From Alphaproteobacteria bacterium (GTDB taxonomy: Bacteria > Pseudomonadota > Alphaproteobacteria > Bin95), in NCBI GenBank assembly GCA_964291285.2, contig OZ219787.1, forward strand, positions 1,152,001 through 1,216,000: 64,000 nucleotides of DNA, in the 5' to 3' direction. Under the pieces are notes generated by a model, which saw only the letters and a list, made by a program, of their open reading frames with translations, was not told where the DNA came from and ran no database searches. The position numbers were made by a program, and so were the translations under genes. Below are positions 30,087 to 41,535 of this stretch, one piece after another (position 1 is the stretch's first letter; each line of letters opens with the position of its first letter).

Positions 30087-30309
30087 GCTAACTCGAACAA
30101 GAGAGCGCGACGGCATGAACCAACGAGCGCTCGAAGCAATGGGCTGGCGGGTGCTCACAATCTGGGAATGCTCTTTGCGGCAGCCCGACGCAGTAACCAA
30201 TGAAATCAGCTACTTCTTGAGTTCTGGATAGTCTGGTCGACCTCACCCCCACGCATCCTTCGAGGCCGTTGCCGCGCCCCGCCCGGCAGCCGTGACACGG
30301 CCGGCGGGC

Positions 30310-31926
30310 TCACCCCCGCGCATCCTCCAGCGCCATCGCCGCGCCTTTTTCGGCGATCATGATGGTGGGGCTGTTGGTGTTGCCGGAGGTGATCGCGGGC
30401 ATGACCGAGGCGTCGATCACGCGGAGGTTCTCCAGCCCGTGGACCTTCAGCCGGTCGGTCACCACGGCCCCGGGGTCTCCGCCCATGCGGCAGGTGCCGA
30501 CGGGGTGGAAGATCGTCGTGCCGATGGCGCCCGCGGCCCCGGCCAGCTCCGCGTCCGCCTCGAGCGCCGCGCCGGGGAGGAACTCCTCGGGCTCGTAGGG
30601 CGCCAGCGAGGGCGCGGCGGCGATGCGGCGCGTGAGGCGGATCGCGGCCACCGCCACCTGCCGGTCGGCCTCGGTCGAGAGGTAGTTGGGCGCGATCGCC
30701 GGCGGCGCCTCCGGGTCCGGCGATTTCAGGCCGACCGTCCCCCGGCTCTCCGGCCGGAGGTTGCACACCGACGCCGTGAAGGCGGGGAAGCGGTGCAGCG
30801 GCTCGCCGAAGCGGTCCAGCGACAGCGGCTGCACATGGTATTGCAGGTTCGCGGTCTCGCGCGCGGGGTCGGACTTCGCGAAGGCGCCCAACTGGCTCGG
30901 CGCCATGGTGAGCGGCCCGCGCCGGAAGAGCGCATATTCGAGCCCCATGCCGAGCTTGCCCCAGAGGCTGTTCGCGCGCCGGTTCAGGGTCTCGACATGC
31001 GCCACCCGGTAGATCAGGCGAAGCTGGAGATGGTCCTGGAGGTTGGCGCCGACGCCGGCGAGCTCGTGATGGACCGCGACGCCCTTCTCCCGCAGCAGCG
31101 CGCCCGGCCCGACGCCCGAGACCTGCAGGAGATGCGGCGAGCCGACGGCGCCCGCCGCCAGGATGAGCTCGCCCGCGACTTCGGCGCGCGCCGGCCGGCC
31201 CTTCAGGCGGAACTCCAGGCCCGCCGCGCGGGAGCCGTCGAACAGGATGCGCCGCGCCTGGGCGTGGGTCAGCACGGTCAGGTTGGGGCGGTCCTGCGCG
31301 GGCTTGAGGAAGGCGTCGGCGGCGGTCCAGCGCACGCCGCGGCGCTGGTTGACCATGAACTTGCCCGTGCCCTCATTGTCGCCGTCGTTGAAGTCCGGCG
31401 TCGGACGCAGGCCGATATCGGCGCAGGCGCGCTGGAAGGCGTCGAGGATCTCCCAGCCGGTGCGCGGCTCCTCCACCCGCCATTCGCCGTCCGCGCCGTG
31501 AAAGGCGTCGGCCGGGCCGAAATGGCGCTCCGACTTCCGGAACCAGGGCAGCACGTCGTCCCAGCCCCAGCCGCGGTTGCCGCTCTGCGCCCAGCCGTCA
31601 TAGTCGCGCGCCTGGCCGCGCATGTAGATCATGCCGTTGATCGCCGAGCAGCCGCCCAGCACCCGCCCGCGCGGATAGGCGAGGGCGCGCCCGTTCAGCC
31701 CCGCCTCGGCCTCGGTGGTGAAGCACCAGTCGGTGCGCGGGTTGTTCTGGGTGTAGAGATAGCCGACGGGGATTTTGATCCAGATGTAGTTGTCCCGGCC
31801 GCCCGCCTCCAGCAGCAGCACCCGGTTGCGGGGGTCCTCCGAGAGCCGGTTCGCCAGCACGCACCCCGCCGAGCCCGCGCCGACGATCACATAGTCGAAG
31901 CTGCCGACGCTGGCGGGCCCGGTCAT
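30310..31926 (-). CDS. GMC oxidoreductase (choline dehydrogenase-like)
   Basis: [41 protein letters not shown]. Confidence 0.93.
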   Translation of the reverse strand: MTGPASVGSFDYVIVGAGSAGCVLANRLSEDPRNRVLLLEAGGRDNYIWIKIPVGYLYTQNNPRTDWCFTTEAEAGLNGRALAYPRGRVLGGCSAINGMIYMRGQARDYDGWAQSGNRGWGWDDVLPWFRKSERHFGPADAFHGADGEWRVEEPRTGWEILDAFQRACADIGLRPTPDFNDGDNEGTGKFMVNQRRGVRWTAADAFLKPAQDRPNLTVLTHAQARRILFDGSRAAGLEFRLKGRPARAEVAGELILAAGAVGSPHLLQVSGVGPGALLREKGVAVHHELAGVGANLQDHLQLRLIYRVAHVETLNRRANSLWGKLGMGLEYALFRRGPLTMAPSQLGAFAKSDPARETANLQYHVQPLSLDRFGEPLHRFPAFTASVCNLRPESRGTVGLKSPDPEAPPAIAPNYLSTEADRQVAVAAIRLTRRIAAAPSLAPYEPEEFLPGAALEADAELAGAAGAIGTTIFHPVGTCRMGGDPGAVVTDRLKVHGLENLRVIDASVMPAITSGNTNSPTIMIAEKGAAMALEDARG

Positions 31927-32348
31927 GCCGCCTGCGTCGTGACGACGAGTCGTTCACCGAGCAGCCGAAGCGCGGCCTCGACCCGATCGATATGCGAACG
32001 GTGGTCCAGATCGAGCAGGCGCCGCACGGCGCCCTCCGTCGTTCCGAGCTCGGCGGCAAGCGCGGTGTTGCCCAGTCCGTGGCCGCGCATGGCGCAATAG
32101 AGCGCCAGTTTCGCCGCCGCCAGGGCGGGCAGGGCGATCAGCGGCCGCCCGCGGGCCGGAGACGGTTTCGGAACGGAGCGCCGCAGTTCGATATACCCGC
32201 CCAGGGCCGCGATGAGGCAGTCCTCTGCTTCAGACAGGGCCTCCTCGTCCGTATCGCCTTCGGTCAGGGCCTCGGGAATGTCGGGGAATGACACAAGGAC
32301 GGTTCCGTCGCATTGCGGTTCCAGACTCACGGGATAGGCGAGCCGCAT
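31923..32348 (-). CDS. hicB: HicB antitoxin with C-terminal HTH
   Basis: VSFPDIPEALTEGDTDEEALSEAEDCL; HTH...RRLLDLDH. Confidence 0.9.
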   Translation of the reverse strand: MRLAYPVSLEPQCDGTVLVSFPDIPEALTEGDTDEEALSEAEDCLIAALGGYIELRRSVPKPSPARGRPLIALPALAAAKLALYCAMRGHGLGNTALAAELGTTEGAVRRLLDLDHRSHIDRVEAALRLLGERLVVTTQAA

Positions 32349-32381
32349 CGTTTGTGCCTTTCTGTGCGCTGTCATTGATGC

Positions 32382-32597
32382 TCACCTCATGTCGTCGCGG
32401 GTCAGCCCCAGCTGCCGCAACATGGTGGCAAGCAGACCCCGGCCGATTTCCTTGCGGCGGTCCTTCACTGTGGTGAAGCGTTGCCCGAGAAAGAGCCGTC
32501 CGTGGCTTCCCTTGCCTTTCCGGGAATCGAAACGCACCGTGATCCCACGCTCCCTGCCTATTTGCCTGACGCGCGCAATAAACTCTTCGCCAGTCAT
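32382..32597 (-). CDS. hicA: HicA toxin
   Basis: KGKGSHG motif, EIGRGLL..MLRQLGL. Confidence 0.88.
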   Translation of the reverse strand: MTGEEFIARVRQIGRERGITVRFDSRKGKGSHGRLFLGQRFTTVKDRRKEIGRGLLATMLRQLGLTRDDMR

Positions 32598-32602
32598 GGT
32601 AA

Positions 32603-32620
32603 TCGTACAGATATGTACGA
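32603..32620. promoter_or_regulatory. Palindromic operator upstream of hicAB
   Basis: TCGTACA-GATA-TGTACGA, 5 nt before the hicA ATG. Confidence 0.7.
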
Positions 32621-32653
32621 ATCAAGGTTCAATCTGCAGCGACGCCGCTCCCC

Positions 32654-34111
32654 TCACCCCGCCATGCCGCCGACGGTCATGGCGTCGATGCGGAGCGTGG
32701 GCTGGCCGACGCCGACGGGGACGGACTGGCCGTCCTTGCCGCACATGCCGATGCCGTCGTCGAACGCCAGATCGTTGCCGATCATGGCGACGCGGGTGAG
32801 CGCGTCCGGGCCGTTGCCGATCAGCATCGCGCCGCGCACCGGGGCCGCGACCTTTCCGTTCTCGATCAGATAGGCCTCGGTCGCGTTGAAGACGAACTTG
32901 CCGTTGGTCACGTCCACCTGCCCGCCGCCGAACTGGACCGCGTAGAGGCCCCGGTCCACGGACGCGATCACCTCCTCCGGGTCGCGGTCACCGGCCAGCA
33001 TGAAGGTGTTGGTCATGCGCGGCATGGGCGCATGCGCGAAGGACTCGCGCCGGCCGTTGCCGGTGGGCGCCACGCCCATCAGCCGCGCGTTCAGCCGGTC
33101 CTGCAGGAAGCCCTTCAATATGCCGTCCTCGATCAGCACGTTGCGGGCGGTGGGGGTGCCCTCGTCATCGACGGTGAGCGAGCCGCGCCGGTCCTCCAGC
33201 CCGCCATCGTCCACCACGGTCACGCCCGGCGCCGCCACGCGCTCGCCGATGAGGCCGGCGAAGGCGCTGGTGCCCTTGCGGTTGAAATCGCCCTCGAGCC
33301 CGTGGCCGACCGCCTCGTGCAGCAGCACGCCCGGCCAGCCGGGGCCGAGCACGACGCTCATCTCGCCGGCGGGCGCGGGCACCGCGTCGATCTTGACCAG
33401 CGCCTGGCGGAGCGCCTCGTCCACCTGCGCCTTCCAGGCCGCTTCCTCCAGGAATTCCCCGAAGCCGACGCGCCCGCCGCATCCATGAGAGCCGGTCTCC
33501 ACCCGCCCGTCCGGGGCCTGCACGGCGATCTGCACCCGCACCACCACGAGCGGGCGGATGTCCGCGGCCGCCTCGCCGCCCGCGCGCTGGATGCGCACCG
33601 CCTGCCAGCTTCCGGAGAGCGAGGCGGTGACCTGCACGACGCGCGGGTCGGCGGCGCGGGCATAGGCGTCGATTCGCGCCAGCAGCGCCGCCTTCTCGGC
33701 GAAATCGGGCGCGTCCAGCGGGTTCTCCGGGCCGTAGAGCCGCCGGTTGGCCGCCGCCGGCGGCAGCGCCAGCGCGCCGCTCCGTCCGGAGGAGACCGCG
33801 CGCACCGCCTCGGCCGCGCGGCTGAGCGCCGGCTCGTCGAGGCTCGCGGCATGGGCGTAGCCGGTCGCCTCGCCCGAGACCGCGCGCAGCCCGAAACCCT
33901 GGCTGATGTCGTAGGTGGCGCCGGCGAGCCGGCCGTCATCCAGGGTCAGCCCCTCCGAGACCGCATATTGCAGGTAGAGCTCGCCGTCGTCCGCGCCCCT
34001 GAGCGCGTCGTCGAGAATGCGTTCGGCGGCGGCGCGGTCGAGGCCGGCGGATCCGAAGAAGACGGCTTCCGTCTCCTCGAGAGGGGCAGGGCGGGGAAGG
34101 GCGGAAGACAT
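32654..34111 (-). CDS. tldD: Metalloprotease TldD
   Basis: GWPGVLLHEAVGHGLEGDFNRKG, PRMTNT, CGKDGQSVPVGVGQPT. Confidence 0.95.
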   Translation of the reverse strand: MSSALPRPAPLEETEAVFFGSAGLDRAAAERILDDALRGADDGELYLQYAVSEGLTLDDGRLAGATYDISQGFGLRAVSGEATGYAHAASLDEPALSRAAEAVRAVSSGRSGALALPPAAANRRLYGPENPLDAPDFAEKAALLARIDAYARAADPRVVQVTASLSGSWQAVRIQRAGGEAAADIRPLVVVRVQIAVQAPDGRVETGSHGCGGRVGFGEFLEEAAWKAQVDEALRQALVKIDAVPAPAGEMSVVLGPGWPGVLLHEAVGHGLEGDFNRKGTSAFAGLIGERVAAPGVTVVDDGGLEDRRGSLTVDDEGTPTARNVLIEDGILKGFLQDRLNARLMGVAPTGNGRRESFAHAPMPRMTNTFMLAGDRDPEEVIASVDRGLYAVQFGGGQVDVTNGKFVFNATEAYLIENGKVAAPVRGAMLIGNGPDALTRVAMIGNDLAFDDGIGMCGKDGQSVPVGVGQPTLRIDAMTVGGMAG

Positions 34112-34303
34112 GGGGGCGGGCGCTCCTCGGGCGGGGTTGCGGCAGGCGGCGAGACAGGGGATTCTACAGCAGCGCGGGAAAACTTGGGACAACGGGTCGC
34201 ATAAAACGCGGAGCTTGCCGCTTCTATTGTCGACTCGGTCTCTGCAAGGCCCGCAATCCGGGCTATGACAGGCCCAGTCGAGGACGTTCGAGGACCGTCT
34301 GCC

Positions 34304-36795
<2,492 letters not shown>

Positions 36796-36840
36796 CGCCC
36801 GTCCGCTGGTCTCCGCCAAGCCGGAGGGCCGACCGAACCC

Positions 36841-37767
36841 GTGAGCGACGCCTCCACTGCAGGAACCGCCGGCCTCGTGCCGCCCGCCGGCGCCGGCTTT
36901 GCGCCAACCGCCGGCGTCGGCGACTATCTCGCGCTGCTGAAGCCGCGCGTCATGTCGCTGGTCGTCTTCACCGGGCTGGTCGGCATGGCGATTGCGCCGG
37001 GCTCGCTGCATCCGCTGCTGGCGGCTGTTGCCGTGCTCTGCATCGCCGCCGGGGCGGGCGCGTCGGGCGCAGTGAACATGTGGTACGACCGCGATATCGA
37101 CGCCGTGATGGAGCGCACGCGCGCCCGGCCGCTGCCGCAGGGCCTGATCGAGCCGGACGATGCGCTCGCCTTCGGCATCCTGCTGTCGGCAGGCGCGGTC
37201 GGCATGATGGGCCTCGCTGTCAACTGGCTCGCCGCCGGCCTGCTGGCGCTCACCATCGCCTTCTATGTCTTCGTCTATACGATCTGGCTCAAGCGCCGCA
37301 CACCGCAGAACATCGTGATCGGCGGGGCGGCCGGGGCAATCCCGCCGGTGATCGGCTGGGCCGCGGTCACGGGCGATCTGGCGCTGACGCCGCTCTGCCT
37401 GTTCGCCATCGTCTTTATGTGGACGCCGCCGCATTTCTGGGCGCTCGCGCTCACCCGCTCGGGCGACTATGCCGCCGCCGGCGTGCCGATGCTGCCGGTG
37501 ACGGCCGGCGCGAGGGAGACCCGGCGGCAGATCCTGATCTACAGCGCCGTGCTGGCGCCGCTCGGCCTCGCGCCCGTGGCGGCGGGCGGCCTCGGCTGGC
37601 TCTACGGCGCGGCGGCAGCGCTGCTCGGCGCCGAGTTCCTGCGCCGCGCGCTGGCCGTCTGGCGCCGCGCCGACGATGCGAGTGCGCGGTCGCTGTTCGG
37701 ATTCTCGCTCGTCTATCTGGCGGCGCTCTTCTCCGCCATGCTCGCGGACCGGGCCCTGGGGCTATGA
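36841..37767 (+). CDS. ctaB: Heme O synthase (protoheme IX farnesyltransferase)
   Basis: [38 protein letters not shown]. Confidence 0.95.
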   Translation: MSDASTAGTAGLVPPAGAGFAPTAGVGDYLALLKPRVMSLVVFTGLVGMAIAPGSLHPLLAAVAVLCIAAGAGASGAVNMWYDRDIDAVMERTRARPLPQGLIEPDDALAFGILLSAGAVGMMGLAVNWLAAGLLALTIAFYVFVYTIWLKRRTPQNIVIGGAAGAIPPVIGWAAVTGDLALTPLCLFAIVFMWTPPHFWALALTRSGDYAAAGVPMLPVTAGARETRRQILIYSAVLAPLGLAPVAAGGLGWLYGAAAALLGAEFLRRALAVWRRADDASARSLFGFSLVYLAALFSAMLADRALGL

Positions 37768-37890
37768 ATGGCGGAGCTTTCCGAAAGAGAACGCCGCCGG
37801 CGCTTCAAGAACCGGGTCCTGCTCGTGGCGCTGCTCGCCTTCGTGGTCGTCGTCTATGCGGTGAGCGTGGTGAAGATGGGGAGCGGGTGA
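37768..37890 (+). CDS. Small membrane protein of the cox operon (40 aa)
   Basis: Manual translation MAELSERERRRRFKNRVLLVALLAFVVVVYAVSVVKMGSG*, filling the ctaB-ctaG gap. Confidence 0.75.
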   Translation: MAELSERERRRRFKNRVLLVALLAFVVVVYAVSVVKMGSG

Positions 37891-37893
37891 GCC

Positions 37894-38667
37894 ATGGCTG
37901 ACCGCCGCCGCAACCGGCGCATCGCCGCCGCGCTCGTCGCGGTGCCGCTGGCGATGGGCGCGCTCGCCTGGGCGTCGGCCCCGCTCTACCGGCTGTTCTG
38001 CCAGGTCACCGGCTTCGGCGGCACGCCCGGCACGGCGGCAGAAGCTCCGCAGGCGGCGGCAGATGCGCCCAGCATCGAAATCCGTTTCAACGCCGACATC
38101 GCGCCCGACCTCGACTGGCGCTTCGGCCCGGTCGAGCGTGCGGTCACGGTCCGGCTCGGCGAGCCGGCGCTGGCCTTCTACCGGGCGGAGAACCTGGGCG
38201 ACGAGCCGGTCACCGGCGCGGCGGTCTTCAATGTCACGCCGCTCAAGGCGGGCGCCTATTTCAGCAAGATCGATTGTTTCTGCTTCACCGAGCAGCGGCT
38301 GGGCCCGGGCGAGAGCGCCGACATGCCCGTGTCGTTCTTCGTCGATCCGGAGATCGCGGAGGACCCGAATGTCCGCGATGTCGGGACGATCACGCTGTCC
38401 TACACCTTTTTCAGGTCGGACGAAGAGCCGTCGGGAGACGAGGCGGCGCAGAAGCAGGCCGCCGTGAATGTTACGAATGGCGGCGCTAGCGCCGCCGCGC
38501 CGAACGCGGCAAACGATACGAATGGCGGCGTCAGCGCCGCCGCGCCGAACGCCGCGAATGTTACGAATGGCGGCGTTAGCGCCGCCGCGCCGAACGCCGC
38601 GAATGTTACGAATGGCGGCGTTAGCGCCGCCGCCCTGACCAACCGGGAGCAGACCCATGGCGGATAG
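37894..38667 (+). CDS. ctaG: Cytochrome c oxidase assembly protein CtaG/Cox11
   Basis: PLYRLFCQVTGFGG, KIDCFCFTEQ, ITLSYTFF; repeat-expanded tail. Confidence 0.95.
   Translation: MADRRRNRRIAAALVAVPLAMGALAWASAPLYRLFCQVTGFGGTPGTAAEAPQAAADAPSIEIRFNADIAPDLDWRFGPVERAVTVRLGEPALAFYRAENLGDEPVTGAAVFNVTPLKAGAYFSKIDCFCFTEQRLGPGESADMPVSFFVDPEIAEDPNVRDVGTITLSYTFFRSDEEPSGDEAAQKQAAVNVTNGGASAAAPNAANDTNGGVSAAAPNAANVTNGGVSAAAPNAANVTNGGVSAAALTNREQTHGG
38467..38634 (+). repeat. 45-bp in-frame tandem repeat (~3.7 copies)
   Basis: Units at 38467, 38512, 38557, 38602 encoding NVTNGGVSAAAPNAA. Confidence 0.92.
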
Positions 38668-39475
38668 CCACGTCCAGAAGCACCCCTACCATCTGGTCGA
38701 TCCGAGCCCCTGGCCGCTGATCGGCGCCTTCGCGGCGTTCCTCGCGACCATGGGCACGGTGCTGTTCATGCATGACGGGGTGATATGGGTCATGGCGCTC
38801 GGCCTGGTGCTGATCCTCGCCACCATGGCCGTGTGGTGGCGCGACGTGATCCGCGAGGCGGAGCATGAGGGCCACCACACCCAGCCGGTGCAGATCGGGC
38901 TGCGCTTCGGCATGGCGCTGTTCATCGCCTCGGAGGTGATGTTCTTCTCGGCCTTCTTCTGGGCCTTCTTCGACGGCGCGCTGTTCTTCGGCGCGGAGGA
39001 AATGCCGGGCCGGATCGAGGCGACCGGCGGCGTCTGGCCGCCCGCCGGCGTCGTGCCCTTCGAGGCGTTCGGGCTGCCGTTCCTCAACACGCTCATCCTG
39101 CTGCTCTCGGGCGTCACCGTCACCTGGGCGCACCACGCGCTGCTGCACGGCGACCGGGCGGGGCTGATCCAGGGCCTCGCCTGCACGGTCGCGCTCGGCG
39201 TGCTGTTCACCGGCTGCCAGGTGTTTGAATACAGCCATGCCGCTTTCGGCTTCCGCGAGGGCATCTATCCCTCCACCTTCTTCATGGCGACGGGCTTCCA
39301 CGGCTTCCATGTCATCATCGGCACATGCTTCCTCACGGTCTGCCTGTTCCGGGCGATCAAGGGGCATTTCCGGCCCGACCACCATTTCGGCTTCGAGGCG
39401 GCGGCCTGGTACTGGCATTTCGTCGATGTCGTCTGGCTGTTCCTGTTCTCGGTCGTCTATATCTGGGGCAGCTAG
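38657..39475 (+). CDS. coxC: Cytochrome c oxidase subunit III
   Basis: HPYHLVDPSPWP, SEVMFF, TGFHGFHV, YWHFVDVVW. Confidence 0.96.
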   Translation: MADSHVQKHPYHLVDPSPWPLIGAFAAFLATMGTVLFMHDGVIWVMALGLVLILATMAVWWRDVIREAEHEGHHTQPVQIGLRFGMALFIASEVMFFSAFFWAFFDGALFFGAEEMPGRIEATGGVWPPAGVVPFEAFGLPFLNTLILLLSGVTVTWAHHALLHGDRAGLIQGLACTVALGVLFTGCQVFEYSHAAFGFREGIYPSTFFMATGFHGFHVIIGTCFLTVCLFRAIKGHFRPDHHFGFEAAAWYWHFVDVVWLFLFSVVYIWGS

Positions 39476-39478
39476 GCC

Positions 39479-40162
39479 ATTCGGCGGCGCTTTCCGTTCG
39501 CGCTCTTCGTCCTGCCGGCGCTGGCGGTCCTGATCGGCCTCGGCGTCTGGCAGCTTGACCGGCGGGAGTGGAAACGGGAGCTGATCGACCGTGCGGCGGC
39601 CCGGCTCGCCGAACCTCCGCTCACCGCGGTTGCCGGCATCGGTCCCGGCGATGCATGGCGCCGCGTCCGGCTCGCGGGCGCGTGGGAGGCTCCCGAACTA
39701 TTGCTCCAGAGCCGCACCTGGAGCGGCCGGGTGGGGTTCGACGTGCTGGCGTCCTTCCGGCCCTCGGGCGCGGCGGTTTCGGTTCTGGTCAACCGGGGAT
39801 GGGTGGAGCCGGCCCGCCGCGCGCCGGATACACGCGTCCCGCCCCCGGCGGCGCTGGAGGGCGTGGTGCGCTTCCCGAGCGAGCCTGGCCGCTTCGCCGT
39901 TGACAACGACCCGGCGCGCGGCATGTGGTTCCATATCGACCCCAAAGCGGCAGCGGCGCATCTCGGCCGGCCGCTCCTGCCTTTCTACATCCAGGCCGCG
40001 CCCGCCGCCGATGCGCCGGACTGGCCGCGCGCCCGCCCCCCGGAGCCGCGCTTCCGCAACGACCATCTGCAATATGCGCTCACATGGTTTGCGCTCGCCG
40101 GGGCCGTGGCTATCCTCTACCTGGTCTGGAGACGCCGGCCGGGGAGGGAAGGGCCGAGATGA
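39479..40162 (+). CDS. SURF1-family protein (start uncertain, ATT)
   Basis: LIGLGVWQLDRREWK, VLVNRGWV, NDHLQYALTWF. Confidence 0.85.
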   Translation: MRRRFPFALFVLPALAVLIGLGVWQLDRREWKRELIDRAAARLAEPPLTAVAGIGPGDAWRRVRLAGAWEAPELLLQSRTWSGRVGFDVLASFRPSGAAVSVLVNRGWVEPARRAPDTRVPPPAALEGVVRFPSEPGRFAVDNDPARGMWFHIDPKAAAAHLGRPLLPFYIQAAPAADAPDWPRARPPEPRFRNDHLQYALTWFALAGAVAILYLVWRRRPGREGPR

Positions 40163-40171
40163 GGGAACGGG

Positions 40172-41512
40172 ATGCCGCGCCAGCTTCGCCTTAACCTGTT
40201 CGTCCACAGCCGCGGCCATCACGAGGCGTCCTGGCGCCATCCCGAGGCCTCGCCGCTGGCGCTTACGGATTTCGAGTTCCACCGCGAGCTCGCCTGCAAG
40301 GCGGAGGACGCGGCGTTCGATTCGATCTTCCTGGCGGACAGCCTCTCCATGTCCGGCGAAGTGGTGCACACGGCGCGCAGCTGGCTGGAGCCGGTCACGC
40401 TGCTGGGCGCGCTCGCCGCGGCGACTTCGAAGATCGGGCTGATCGCGACCGCCTCGACCACCTATACCGAGCCCTTCAACCTCGCGCGCCAGTTCGCCTC
40501 GCTGGACCACATCAGCAACGGCCGGATCGGCTGGAACATCGTGACTTCCTGGTCGGTCGCCGCAGCGCACAATTACGGTGACGACATCCAGGTGAGCCAT
40601 GCCGACCGCTACGCCCGCGCCGAGGAATACATGACGGTCGCCAAGGCCCTCTGGGACAGCTGGGCCGACGATGCAGTGCTCGACGACCGCCCGGCGGGCC
40701 GCTATGCGAAGCCCGGCAGCATCCACGCGCTCGACCATGCCGGCGAGCATTACAGGGTCGCCGGGCCGCTGAATGTGCCGCGCTGCCCGCAGGGGCGGCC
40801 GGTCTTCGTGCAGGCGGGGTCGTCGGAGACGGGGCGCGATTTCGCCGCCCGCCATGCCGAAGTGGTGTTCACCGCGCAGCTGGAGAAGGCGACGGCGCAG
40901 GCTTTCTACGCCGACCTGAAGGCGCGGGCGGCGAAGGCCGGGCGCGATCCGGACCGGGTGGCGATCCTGCCGGGTTTCAGCCCCCTCATCGCCGACACGC
41001 GGGAGGAGGCGGAGCGCCTCGTCTTGGAACTGAACGGGCTGGCCGACCCGGAAGTCGGCAGGAGGCGGCTCTCCGGACGCTTCGGCGGCTTCGACTTCAG
41101 CCATCTCGAACTCGACCGGCCGCTGACGGCGGCGGACTTCCCCGACCCCGACACGGTCGAGGCGGCGCGCAGCCGGGCGGCGACCATCGTGGGCCTCGTC
41201 GAGCGCGAGCGCCCGAGCTTGCGCCAATTACTGGCGAAGCTCGCCGGAGCGCGCGGCCACTACACCTTCGCCGGCACGGCGGAGCAGACGGCGGACTTCA
41301 TGGAGGAGTGGCTGGCGGACGGCGCCGCGGACGGCTTCAACCTCATGCCGCCCGTGCTGCCCTGGATGCTCGATGCCTTCATCGAGCGTGTCCTGCCGAT
41401 CCTGCGCGAGCGGGGCCTCTTCCGCGAAGCCTATTCCGGCTCGACGCTCCGCGCCCATTACGGCCTCGCCCGGCCCGCGCCCGAACTCCCGCCGGGCGCG
41501 CGGGCGATATAG
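40172..41512 (+). CDS. NtaA/DmoA-family FMN-dependent monooxygenase
   Basis: IFLAD, LARQFASLDHISNGRIGWNIVTS, QAGSS..GRDFAARHAE. Confidence 0.92.
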   Translation: MPRQLRLNLFVHSRGHHEASWRHPEASPLALTDFEFHRELACKAEDAAFDSIFLADSLSMSGEVVHTARSWLEPVTLLGALAAATSKIGLIATASTTYTEPFNLARQFASLDHISNGRIGWNIVTSWSVAAAHNYGDDIQVSHADRYARAEEYMTVAKALWDSWADDAVLDDRPAGRYAKPGSIHALDHAGEHYRVAGPLNVPRCPQGRPVFVQAGSSETGRDFAARHAEVVFTAQLEKATAQAFYADLKARAAKAGRDPDRVAILPGFSPLIADTREEAERLVLELNGLADPEVGRRRLSGRFGGFDFSHLELDRPLTAADFPDPDTVEAARSRAATIVGLVERERPSLRQLLAKLAGARGHYTFAGTAEQTADFMEEWLADGAADGFNLMPPVLPWMLDAFIERVLPILRERGLFREAYSGSTLRAHYGLARPAPELPPGARAI

Positions 41513-41535
41513 CCGGAAGCAGAAGGAACATCGGT

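Larger units (their letters stand above)
27794..30231 (+). pseudogene. vsr: Very-short-patch repair endonuclease interrupted by IS1634
   Basis: 5' part LPGKPDLV, FVHGCFWH; 3' part after 30086 TRERDGMNQRALEAMGWRVLTIWEC...SG*; removing the IS and one TSD restores the frame. Confidence 0.92.

Noticed and set aside
38467-38634. 45-bp repeats as a CRISPR array
   Set aside because: Head-to-tail, in-frame coding repeat without spacers.
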